The notes: generated by a model not told the origin, from the sequence alone. 63,801 nt of DNA, filler included, from Asterionella formosa (GCA_002256025.1; 12 parts of 12 records of this genome joined end to end with filler, not necessarily neighbours in it); one strand, 5' to 3'; shown: positions 51,415 to 62,441, numbered from the whole stretch's first letter. Program-made: numbers and translations.

Positions 51415-52876
51415 GGGCCACAGTTGCCACCTTGGTACCGTTTCTACGGTGCCCGGTGGTACCAATGGCCATGCGTTTGCTGACTGTTGCAGGAGTAGTT
51501 GCCCCCCGCCTCCTTTTTGGGGCTGAGCTGTATGGTATGAATCGTCACCTTACGGACAAAATGCAGGTTCTTCTGAACCGATGCCTTAGGGCTAGCATTG
51601 GAGCCAGGAGGGCAGGGGATGTGCCATCAGTAGGCCTTTGGAAGGAGGCACGGATGTTGCCAATGTGTGCCTTGGCGGGTGCCCGACGGGCCAGAGCTTA
51701 TGCCAAGGCCTCGGGTCTCAAAACCTGGCTTCAGGAAGTGGTCCTAAGACCATTCCGAAGTCAGAAATGGACATGGTGCTCAGGGGTTCCGCGCTGGCTG
51801 AAACGCTATGCGCTCCCCCATGCGCCAGTGTCTATTGTGGAGAGGTACTTGGGTGCTGGATGGCAGAGCCTGGAACCAAAGGTACTGGCTGAGGTAGTGA
51901 AAGCATGCATCTTGGAGAGAGAGTGTGGGATCCGACGGAACTTGACTCGTCCGTCAGGGGCCCGCACAGTGTGGTATGAGGGAGCCGGATTTGACAAGCA
52001 TCCACTCACACGGTCACGTGTGGGGGGCAGTCCCAACGACCAAGCAGGACTGGCTTTGATAGTTTGGTGTCGGATTGGGGCATTTGTAACTGTCCCCACC
52101 TTGGTGGGGTGGAAGCGAATGCCTCATAGGTATTTGAGGAAGTGTCCATTTTGTGGTATGGATGAACCAGAAACGCTGGAACACTTAGTGTTCACGTGTG
52201 GTCGGTGGCGTGGTCTACGCACCGAGCCACACATGGCAGAATTGATCGCGAAAGTTCGGACGTTAGGGCCGAATTTCGCCCTCGGTTTTGACCAACAACG
52301 GTTGGCATGGCTCCTCGGAGGGAGTTGTGATAACCGCTGGGTACATGGATGGATGATGGGTGAACCAACCGGAGTCACAGCACAGCAAAACTGTGACTCT
52401 TCGGTTGACAGCTCATCATCCGATGGGGACGGTAGCCAGATGGAACGGAACCCGGCAGGGGCCACCACCCTTGCCAGGTTCCTGATGAGCGTTGTTAGCC
52501 TTCGTGCTAACATAATCAGGTCCCGTTGGGGGTCTTACGCAAGTGAGGCATTTGACGGGGTCCCACACACCTCCACGGGCCAACGCCCCGACGGGTAGGG
52601 CAGACCGCGTACTGGTCAAGACTGGGGCTGCACACAGGTTTTTAGTGAGTGAAAGTCTCACACTACCTCGCCCAGGTTAGAGGGGCGGGGTGCCTCACCG
52701 GACACTGGGACATGATTGGATGACGGGGTGCCTCAAAAACATTCCTGAACACGTGAACTGGTGGGAGGAATTCGAATCCTCCCATGATGCCCCCCAAGCA
52801 CCCCACATCGATGGGGCAGGCGGGCAAAGCGGCCGGATAGGTTTTCTCCTGGCGCCTTGGAACAGCCAAAAAAAAA
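51415..52876 (+). mobile_element. 3' end of an apparently intact non-LTR retrotransposon: open ORF2 C-terminus (stop at 52598), zinc finger, 3' UTR and poly(A)
   Basis: Uninterrupted 388-aa frame with RT-thumb-like PRLLFGAELYG and CPFCGMDEPETLEHLVFTC; A9 run at 52868-52876 at the contig end; visibly more GC-rich than host intergenic DNA. Confidence 0.85.
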
Positions 52877-52976
52877 NNNNNNNNNNNNNNNNNNNNNNNN
52901 NNNNNNNNNNNNNNNNNNNNTTAATTAATTAANNNNNNNNNNNNNNNNNNNNNNNNNNNNNNNNNNNNNNNNNNNN

Positions 52977-54362
52977 ATTCCAGTCGACGTCGAAGGGCTA
53001 GAGGCGATGGGATTATCAGCTGTCAGCACCAACGGTGCCATGTACCTCGAAAATCTAGGAGACGAATCAGACGCTGAAGATAGCGACGCTGATGATTTGC
53101 GCTTGTCTCCTGATGATGCAATTATTGTTGTGGCCAAAACTGAAGAGGATTTTGCGTCCCTTGAAATTCACGTATATGAAGAGAAGTCGGGAAACTTGTT
53201 TGTCCATCATGATATACCGCTGCCATCATTTCCACTCTGTCTTGCCCACGGAGATATCAATAGCGACGGTCAAGCTGGGAACTACTGTGCCGTCGGAACG
53301 TTTGGGCCGGGCATTGAAGTATGGAACCTCGATGTGTTGAATGCGCTCGAACCATCTTGTATCCTGGGTGGAGAAGATACGACAGCTGCCGATGAGCTGA
53401 TGAAAGCCAATATGGTGAGAGCCGCATCTGGGAAAAAGCTGAAAAAGAAGAAATACCAAAACGCCGGCCTTCGCCTTGGAAGTCACACTGATGCTGTCAT
53501 GTGTCTTGCGTGGAACAAGATTCATCGACAAGTGATTGCCAGTGGATCAGCTGATTGCACAGTCAAGATTTGGGACATTACCAAAGCAGGAGAAGCGAAT
53601 GGCAAGTCCAACGCTGCTACATTTAGTCATCATAGAGACAAGGTCCAGGCTGTAAAATGGCATCCGACAGAAGGGACACTATTGGCTACTGGATCGTATG
53701 ATCGAACCGTTGCTCTATTGGACGCTCGCTCGTCAGAGCAGCATATCAAAAAGGTGAAAATAACAGCGGATTGTGAATCGCTATCATGGGATCCGCACCA
53801 TCCCCAGTATCTGACATGTGCGACAGAGGATGGTGTCGTTTCCTGTTGGGATGTCAGGAAATTCGAGTCGGGCGAGCCATTATGGTCCTTTGTGGCAGAA
53901 GAGTATGGCGGTGTTAGTGACTTGAGCTACAACCCTACCGTGCCTGGATTGTTGGCAACTTGTGCAATTAACAAGACAGTGACGCTGTGGGACACATATA
54001 CAAACGGAGCGCCTTCCGGTGTTCAACCGCAAGTTTGCGGAAACAAGGACATGCAAGTTGGCAAGTTGTACACCATTTCATTTTATCAATCTTCACCTTG
54101 GTTACTTGGATGTGGTGGTTCTGGTAACCAGCTTGCTTTGTGGGATATCTCCAGTGAAGCGGCTGTCATGAAGCGATTTGGAGATCGATTTTCGGGCAGT
54201 GTTTCTGCTCATGCCGACAACACAGTTGTGCAATCCAACAAGGAGCAAGATTTCGAAGCCATGATGGCCGTGGGCGACGCGGAAGTCGAACAGAAGCGCG
54301 AGGATACCAAGAAATTAAAACAAGGCAAGAACAAGAAGAAGGTTCATCGACGAGGTAAATAA
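52977..54362 (+). CDS. PWP1: Periodic tryptophan protein 1 (WD40 protein), 5'-truncated by the contig start
   Basis: Acidic N-terminal region then LEIHVYEE..NLFVHHDIPLPSFPLCL, AVGTFGPGIEVWNLD, HTDAV..LAWN, ASGSADCTVKIWD; frame open to the contig edge. Confidence 0.9.
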   Translation: MPVDVEGLEAMGLSAVSTNGAMYLENLGDESDAEDSDADDLRLSPDDAIIVVAKTEEDFASLEIHVYEEKSGNLFVHHDIPLPSFPLCLAHGDINSDGQAGNYCAVGTFGPGIEVWNLDVLNALEPSCILGGEDTTAADELMKANMVRAASGKKLKKKKYQNAGLRLGSHTDAVMCLAWNKIHRQVIASGSADCTVKIWDITKAGEANGKSNAATFSHHRDKVQAVKWHPTEGTLLATGSYDRTVALLDARSSEQHIKKVKITADCESLSWDPHHPQYLTCATEDGVVSCWDVRKFESGEPLWSFVAEEYGGVSDLSYNPTVPGLLATCAINKTVTLWDTYTNGAPSGVQPQVCGNKDMQVGKLYTISFYQSSPWLLGCGGSGNQLALWDISSEAAVMKRFGDRFSGSVSAHADNTVVQSNKEQDFEAMMAVGDAEVEQKREDTKKLKQGKNKKKVHRRGK

Positions 54363-54910
54363 GCGCCTGCTGTGAGAATATGAAGAAGCTGTTGTAGTAT
54401 CACAACCACATCATTTCTTAAGTGCTAGAATAAACCCNNNNNNNNNNNNNNNNNNNNNNNNNNNNNNNNNNNNNNNNNNNNTTAATTAATTAANNNNNNN
54501 NNNNNNNNNNNNNNNNNNNNNNNNNNNNNNNNNNNNNTGAACAACGACAAAAAAGTATATACAGTATACAAATAGCGAGGCACTTTGATTTTTATCCAAG
54601 TTTTATGTCCCCGGCCTTGGAAGCGAGTGGACGAAGTACCGGTACTAGAACAACCTTATGTAAAGAAAAAAGACCAAAAGGAGACAAGGTGCGAAATCAT
54701 CATGTGTACCAGTACTTACTAGCAAGGAGTACCGTGTATATCGGTAGGTAACCAAGGTATGAGGGCGTTTATACAACCGGAAACATCCTGGTCGTAGTAG
54801 CAGTATCAAACCCATCTTCATCTGTACCGGTAGCTGAATACCTTTGTTGCAATAATGTCCATGCAAGGTACCGGTACTCTATTCGAGTATCAGGTACCTG
54901 GTACCTGTTA

Positions 54911-55006
54911 CCAGCAAGTTGCGGTAATTTTGCTGAAACTAAGGATTTAGCTATCTTTGTCCCAGATTAAAATGTTAGTTCAAGCAAAATTACCGCAACT
55001 TGCAGG
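54911..55006. mobile_element. 96-bp MITE with ~24-bp TIRs flanked by TA; a second degenerate copy at ~55105-55198
   Basis: TA|CCAGCAAGTTGCGGTAATTTTGCT ... AGCAAAATTACCGCAACTTGCAGG|TA, with a perfect 21-bp inverted core. Confidence 0.85.
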
Positions 55007-56098
55007 TATGCTGATGCGAGCACTCGGAGTATCTGCCGGAAAGGGCGAAACCAAGGACGACAAGCAAACAATCATAAATAATTCGGGACCGCAGGGTTCG
55101 CTTTCTGCAAGCTGCGGCAATTGAGCTTAAGCTGAATTTTTAGCCATCTTTATCCTATATTAAATTGTTTTTAAGCAAAATGACCACAACTTGCCTGGTT
55201 ACTACTTGAGCGAGGTTCAATCATTTATAATTAGGAAGTCATTTATGATGAAGCATAATACCGGTACTTGAAAATATCAAAAGGATTTAATTACCGTAAC
55301 AATGTTGTAGACAAGGCCTTGGCATTTTTTCAAAAGTCATCGAGAAGGATAAATAATAATTATACCGGTATGTAAACTGCTGTCTGTACGCGATTTTTGG
55401 GGGATTATGTACGAAATGCCTGGGATGCGTTCTCTCACACTAATATGTAGTATCATAAATGACGGGTCATTGTCATATAGCACTATGTCTCTTTCCTTGT
55501 GATTTAGAGTCAAGATTCCTGGTGTAGTCCTGCATCAGTCATCATGAAGATTCCTGAGCATTTCAACCCTAGATTTAGAGGTAGGGTTAAAAATAAAATT
55601 AAATCAGAGTAGTCAAACAAACACTTCTCACGAGTAAAATGTAAATGTAAATCACTACATAGACTTTCACCAATATACATTCTTTCCACAGACCGGAACA
55701 TACGTATGTAGATACAGCCATTGATCAAATTACCAGTACCGGTAGGGGTACCAGGATAACAATAGGTCAACTCTATATTACGTCAGTATACACAAAGGTG
55801 TTGAGATGTTCCAGATCTCCTTGATAGTACGTACATTCTCCACTAGCTAGTAGTAGTTCGACAACACTTTTATCTGCCTTTAGATTTGCCTTTTTTAATG
55901 CTGTGATTACTTCAGTTTGCTTTTCTATCAATCTGCCAAATTACTTGGTTATACCAAATTGATCTTGCTTCATGAATCTTACTTTCTTGGACTTGCTTNN
56001 NNNNNNNNNNNNNNNNNNNNNNNNNNNNNNNNNNNNNNNNNNTTAATTAATTAANNNNNNNNNNNNNNNNNNNNNNNNNNNNNNNNNNNNNNNNNNNN

Positions 56099-56870
56099 TG
56101 GTGTAAATTTGGCCTGTGGGTGCAATAATGGACGCAAAACACATATGGCTGGGTAGGGATTGTAACACCCTTAAGGTGGAAATCAGCATCATCCAGCACG
56201 GTGGTAGGAATGGATGAAAGTTCAGGCTCAATGATAGTTGGGGGCGCACGTGTGGACCGTAAGTTTTGATGTGTTTGATCGAGGTGGCCTTTGATGGTTG
56301 CGGTGGAATGAGGGGGATATTTGCGTAGTGTAGTTAAAGTTAGACCTGGAAAATTGACAAGATACCCATGGAATAATGCGCTTTCCAAAGTAGAGATAAC
56401 AGAAGAAAAGAGGGCCGCATGGGCAAAGGCAACAAGGGCTGGTGCATTGGGACTGCCCATGGCAGTAGCAGCGTAGTGTTTAGGGGTAGGCAATGGTGGA
56501 CCACCAGCACTGGTACAGTGGACAGAGTGAGCGTTGGCAAGGAGTTCCTTGCGAAGGCGGGTTACAGTGAGGGCTGTAGGTTTGCCCTCGATCGACGTCA
56601 AGAGCGGATGAGGGAATGGGAAAACAGCGGAAACGAGTGGAGTCGCCATGGTGGAAGAAGGCCCGAGAGACAGGGAAAGTGAACGGGCAAGCGGTGTTGC
56701 ACAGTTGATTGTTGAAAACAGTGCTGGTTTGCACCGCCGACAAGAGCCGCAACGTCACAGGTGCGGATAAGGGAGAGAGAACAGATATTGTAGTTCTGTT
56801 GAGGGGAACCTTGTCGTGAATAAAGGTGCACTACAATATTCCATTGCTGTTTCGAGTAGATCGTTGTTAG
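56099..56870 (-). mobile_element. Internally deleted Copia-type element: gag N-terminus fused to the pre-integrase region
   Basis: FPFPHPLLTSIEGKPT..LRKELLANAHSV..GG (gag-like) runs directly into LVAFAHAALFS..STL..GYLVNFPGLT..ATIKGHLDQ; frameshifted PTGQIYT at the integrase start. Confidence 0.7.
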
Positions 56871-57417
56871 CACTCACGCATGTACCTAATCTGGTGGCTG
56901 CGCCGGTATGGTTCGTACGGCGCATGTATGGAGCATCATATGCAGATATTAACAGAATCTACACACTTACCTGTATATATAATTAATTAGCGCTATCATA
57001 TCATCAAGAATGCAACGACACACCAACGGGAGGACTGGAAAGCCTGTCAGAATGTGTCTGTCATTTTTATTTAGCCTGTTGATGTCGACAGGTGTCCGAA
57101 GACTAACGGTACCAGGTACCGGTAGATGAAGTCTGTTGAGGAATGTCTACCGTACCCCGGTGGTAAATGGAAATAGGGCAGACACTATTTATATAGTAGA
57201 AAAATACATGTACCGGTATGCCAACGATCGGCGCGAGATCTTGACCCTGGTCATTCCAGGGCAGTACTGGAGCACGCTAGGAAGAAGGGTCATAAATTTC
57301 AACAAGCCTGTTCCATCCACGACGTCGTTGATTCATGTCATATCTATATACAACTGACTTGCCTCGTACTGTAAATCACCTCTATTGAAGTTCGCTGCGA
57401 ACAAATATTCAGCTAGG

Positions 57418-57559
57418 ATGGAGCCACATGGAAAGAATAACAACGATGTCGACGACGCTGATGTCGACGACCTCATGGATGCCATTTTCGGTGATGACGA
57501 TCAGCCCGAAAATGATTCCAAGTTGGATGACGACGATGAAGACTTGGACAATAGCGAAA
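57418..57559 (+). CDS. Possible 5' fragment of a gene with an acidic N-terminus, cut by the contig end
   Basis: MEPHGKNNNDVDDADVDDLMDAIFGDDDQPEND... is open to the gap. Confidence 0.4.
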
Positions 57560-57659
57560 NNNNNNNNNNNNNNNNNNNNNNNNNNNNNNNNNNNNNNNNN
57601 NNNTTAATTAATTAANNNNNNNNNNNNNNNNNNNNNNNNNNNNNNNNNNNNNNNNNNNN

Positions 57660-59119
57660 GGATCGACGACACAGTATTCCTCGTCAGGAATGCATTCTTC
57701 TTCCTGCAAGTTAGTCTCAAAGAATCGTCCAGACTTGGCGTCGTAAGCGATTTCTCTCGTTCCGCACGTAATGGTGATCTTTTCGTTGCTTCCTTCTTCG
57801 GCCATTAAAAGTGGACCAGCAACACGACCAGCTGTTGTCGTTGTCTTCCTTAAAGTTCGATGATCTTAAATTCATTTACCGGTACTGTCCCGCTGTAGTA
57901 GCAGCAGTCATAGACATGTGAGTTCCCCACTTTCCAGATCGACGACACAGTATTCCTCGTCAGGACCACTTTCGTTTTTGCTTGATTCCTATGGGGAAAG
58001 ATGGAAGTAAGATTTTATTTACTCATAAATAGTTACTAACAAAATGGTTATTTGTTTTTAATCAAGTACAGCCATTTGCAAATAACCGGACGCTGGTGTC
58101 GTTTCTTTTGCTCCATCGACCGAGTCGGACAGAAGTGTCATGTTTATGTCAGTTCTTGTCACATCTCTTTGTTCCAACTCCTCTTATTCGAAACCGTTTG
58201 ATACGGCGGGATAAAACCTTCCTCGCTGTTTCCCAAGTCCAATGGTACCACCAGAATGCAGCAAAGTTTTCTTCCCATTCATGATCCTTGGGACTTCGTC
58301 ATGTTGTGGCGTTCTACCCCCTGCTCCATAACCACAGCCACCCTGTCGCGGGCCGTTGCAAAGCACGATAATGGGTGATGTACCAAATTTTTCCGGTATA
58401 ATAGAGGAGGGGGGGGGCAGCGCTTTGACTTTCACAGCCTCTCTAAAGAGCTGCGACAGAAAATAATAGGGAAAAACATAGTACCACTATAACCGTACAT
58501 CGCAGCCTCTAAAGAGCTGCGACAGAAAATAATAGGGAAAAACATAGTACCACTATAACCGTACATCGCAGCCTCTACAGAGCTGCGACAGAAAATAATA
58601 GGGAAAAACATAGTACCACCATAACCGTAGGTGCTACTTAAAGGTGCTGATAAAAGATGTAGATGTACTACCTGGTACCGGTAGTAACTCGTCAGCCTGG
58701 CTAATTATCACGCCAGTTAAATTCATAAAAGCAAGGAATCTACCTTATGAACATTACCTTACTCCGGGTAGTAGTGTTCGGAGAAATATGATGCAGTTTG
58801 AAGGAGAAATAGAAGAGATCTAACCGTAACACATATACCTAGCTGTTAGTAAATGATAACTAATTTCGTATCTATGAAACAATGCATTTGCAGAGGATGT
58901 TATTTCTATATATCTCCAACGTCTGCGCGTCCTGCCAATATCTACTCATTACCTCAATCATTTCGACTGGTGGCATCGAGTAAAACATTTGCGAGAACGA
59001 ATGGATCGATGGGATATTGATCACAAACAGGAAGAAACATTCATGACAACCATGTCAGATCCGTTCCATTGCAAATCTTCCTTCAATAGGTCAAACTCAT
59101 CATCCTTGAGCATTTGCCT
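57660..59119 (-). pseudogene. PGRL1: Scrambled fragments of a PGRL1 (PGR5-like 1) gene
   Basis: 59119-59039 encodes RQMLKDDEFDLLKEDLQWNGSDMVVMN, resembling the PGRL1 core as I recall it (MSNEEFDNLKEELMWEGSSVV); ~57865-57660 encodes a transit-like stretch plus ...CIPDEEYCVVD; ~57964-57910 is a second PDEEYCVVDLESGEL copy ending in a stop. Confidence 0.6.
58441..58629 (+). repeat. 66-bp tandem repeat x2.9
   Basis: Units start at 58441, 58507 and 58573; 2 substitutions in the third unit; no spacers. Confidence 0.95.
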
Positions 59120-59220
59120 TNNNNNNNNNNNNNNNNNNNNNNNNNNNNNNNNNNNNNNNNNNNNTTAATTAATTAANNNNNNNNNNNNNNNNNNNNNNNN
59201 NNNNNNNNNNNNNNNNNNNN

Positions 59221-60681
59221 GGGCTGACAACAAATCGGTGGGGTACTGGTCAATTCCCATTGCATACTGGTTTGACAGGTCAGTGATGAGGGTGCCATAC
59301 CTGGTGGGGTCAGCACTTCGAATCAGAGCGATTGCAAGGGTGCGTTCACGTGCGATCTCCTTTCGCTCTTCAGTGCTACGCCCATTCCCGTCCTGATCCT
59401 GGAAGGGTACCAGTTTGTAATTTGCTGCCACGGTGCCGCCATGGTACTCGATGGTCTCAGCCCATCCTCGCAAACACTCGACGTAGTCTTCTGCGGACTG
59501 TCCTTGTAACTGACGACAATTGAGGAAACTGGTCTGGGCGTCCAAAAGTGCAATGAAACCATTCCTGCTCTGATCGAACTGTAAAGTAATCGACTTGATC
59601 TGTTTTAGAAGCCAAAAACAATCATTGTTGGCAGTCTTGTCCTTGTAGTCATCGTGTGTTTTGACCTTTGCCTTCATGTCATCACTACACTGGCCCCAAA
59701 TCACCGCATACACTGTTGCTAGGTTGCTCTTTAGGGTATGATTGCGCTTGACATACGTTTTTACTTCTTCTGCGAAAATCATTTTCATGGTCATTCCTGC
59801 ATCGTCATCTAGGTCATCTGGCATGTCTACCATGGGAACCGCCATGGTGTCGGCAAACAAAGGGGCAAGGTCTTCAGAGTACTTCAGTGTTTTCCTCACG
59901 TATCCGTCTAGAGCTTCTAACGTTTTGGCGTACTGGCGTCTGTCACTTTGTTCTTCATAGCATTCGAATACGTTTCCGTTCATGCCCTCTGTGCTGCCCT
60001 TAAATATGCCACGGTTGTTGCTTGTCGCTTGTGTCCTTGCCCGGCCGCCACGGCTCCCGCGCGGACGGTTGTCCCTTCGCCCTCTCCCACTGGTGTTGCC
60101 GTGTCCACTCGCTAAGCTGCCGCTTGTCGTTGCGTCTGGGGTGGCGCTCATGGGGTTCGTTGGTTCCTTGATTGGTGGCTGCGGCCTTCAGCTGCGCTAC
60201 TCGAATCTATAAAGTGTTCAAAACCTTGGTTGGAATGTCGAAACTCCAGCCTTCCATGTGAATGGCTGTTCCTTTTGTTTTATTTTATTTTTATTTTATC
60301 TCGAAACAATGTTGTAACAACTACCGTATTCGACCGTATCGTAGGCCTTGAACCTAGTACTGTGTTAATCGAATACAGTTGATGAAATTGATAGCAACGA
60401 GGAAGTTGTCACACTTAAACTTTCACTTTACTAACTGGATTGTTTCGAGATAATGGTCTCGAAACACTCTTATTACCGGTACTCACATTGCATTTTAACA
60501 TTTTTTCCTGACCTCTGATTGCTTTTCCTTGCGTTGTGCCTTTTACCACGTCAGCCCAGGTAAATCTTGGTAGCGGCTGTACGGTTTTAACTGTAGTACT
60601 GTTCTCTCTCGTGTCCACTACCGGTATACCCTTCACGCCTGTCCTGTGGCAGTCAGCTCGCATTTTTCCAACACGCTCCTC
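59221..60681 (-). mobile_element. Copia-type LTR retrotransposon: LTR (~60673-60227) followed by an open gag ORF (60151-59221)
   Basis: LTR starts TGTTGGAA and ends TTCCAACCA; gag motifs FKGSTEGMNGNVFEC, YAVIWGQCS, ADPTRYGTLITDLSNQYAMGIDQYP; purine-rich GAGGAGCG immediately 5' of the LTR. Confidence 0.85.
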
Positions 60682-60781
60682 NNNNNNNNNNNNNNNNNNN
60701 NNNNNNNNNNNNNNNNNNNNNNNNNTTAATTAATTAANNNNNNNNNNNNNNNNNNNNNNNNNNNNNNNNNNNNNNNNNNNN

Positions 60782-61308
60782 CGCTAATCAGGTTTGAGGA
60801 AACGGACAGTGGTTCCAACGAGCGAATAATGATACCACGAGTACCAATTTTTCCAACGAAAGAACTTGTCTCTCTATTGATGAGGATGACACGGACACCG
60901 ACTTTTCCCGGAGCAAACAACAATGAAGAGACCCACTTGTCGCTCTATTGATGGTAACAAAGATGCGGACAAGTTCAACAGTGAATACAAAGAACAACAT
61001 ACCATTGAAAACAAGTAGACAGTGTGTGCACGCACACGCCAAGCAAGTTTGAGGCAACGGACAATTCCAAAAAGCAAATGACGATACATATATCAAATTC
61101 TTCCGACGAGCAAACAACAATGAAAAGAGCCACTTGCTTTCGCTCTCTTGCTTGTTGGTATCAAAGATGCGGACAAGTTCAATAGTTAAATCAAGTACAG
61201 TATGCCAAATGCAGAAACGAGCGAGCGATATGAAAGTGAAATACATTCTAATCAGAATCATTCTATAACTATAGCTATGTGGACAGTAGTCTGTTACGCA
61301 CATTTTCG
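60782..61308 (+). repeat. ~525-bp dispersed repeat, copy 2
   Basis: Near-identical to 50457-50982. Confidence 0.9.
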
Positions 61309-61748
61309 GCATCAAAACAAACTGTTTGAACGAAATCAATTGGACTTTCAAATGAATTATTTGAAACATCAACTAATTCAGTCTTGCGTTCAAAATTCAT
61401 TGTGAAAACTTCACATGAAACAGTTAAAACTTCACATGAAACCGTTAAAAGTAATCTTTTTTACGTGAAGAGTGGCATTAATGCATGTGAAGTACCACAT
61501 AATTAACACTCATACGTAGACGAAATTTCGAAAAGTGGCGTATTTTGCGGCTTAGATGTAGTATTGCACAAAATAAACATTCTGACCAAAAATTGGAAGG
61601 ACCATCATAATGTGGCTTCTTATTAGATAAAAATAAAAATATATAATTGCCAAGAGTTCACACCCGCAAATACTTGTAAGTCCACCAATCCACCAGCTGC
61701 AAGATAAAAAATTGTATGCATGTTCACAAATCATCCAAGCTAAGGTGA

Positions 61749-62241
61749 CTAACCAGCACATGTCGAGCTTTTTTTACAGGAACTGCTGCAGGTGCAAATC
61801 AGTGGTGGGCAAACAGCTATTCCTTCTGAAGGTGCAATACTACATGCTTCTGTTGGAACTGTGCCTGTAAAATTGTTTATTCCAAGAGATAATACAGCTG
61901 CCAAGAAAGTGAAATATTAGCACAAACATTCAAGAAATATAAATTTAGGCTCAAATAACTCACTCAATGCAGACACGAGACCAATTTCTGAGGGAATTAT
62001 ACCAGTAAACTTATTTTTCCCAATATAAAACTCTATGGCATTTGTTAAATGGCCAATTTCTGATGGAAGTGCACCAGTCAACTGGTTTTCGTCTACATAG
62101 AAAATTGTTAGATTTGTCAAATATCCAATCTCTGTAGGAAGTGTGCCATTGAAATCATTGGAATTTGCTTCAAAATCTGTGAGAATTGTCAAATATCCAA
62201 TCTCTGTAGGAATAGTACCAGTGAAGTTATTATAGCTGACA
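61749..62241 (-). CDS. C-terminal part of a leucine-rich-repeat protein (plant-specific-type LRR); exons 62241-61964 and 61897-61749
   Basis: NxFxGTLPTEIGxLT repeats; intron 61963-61898 (GTGAGT...CAG) leads in frame to VLSLGINNFTGTVPTEAC...ICTCSSSC. Confidence 0.85.
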
Positions 62242-62441
62242 NNNNNNNNNNNNNNNNNNNNNNNNNNNNNNNNNNNNNNNNNNNNTTAATTAATTAANNN
62301 NNNNNNNNNNNNNNNNNNNNNNNNNNNNNNNNNNNNNNNNNTCATGGAATACTTTCTATTGTATTGTAGTTCACAGCTCCTAATACTCACGTATCATTTC
62401 GTATCATCTATCCCATACAAATACTCGCTACTGTTGAAAAG

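Noticed and set aside
58441..58629. 66-bp repeats as a CRISPR array
   Set aside because: Units are contiguous and near-identical with no unique spacers; no cas genes; eukaryotic context
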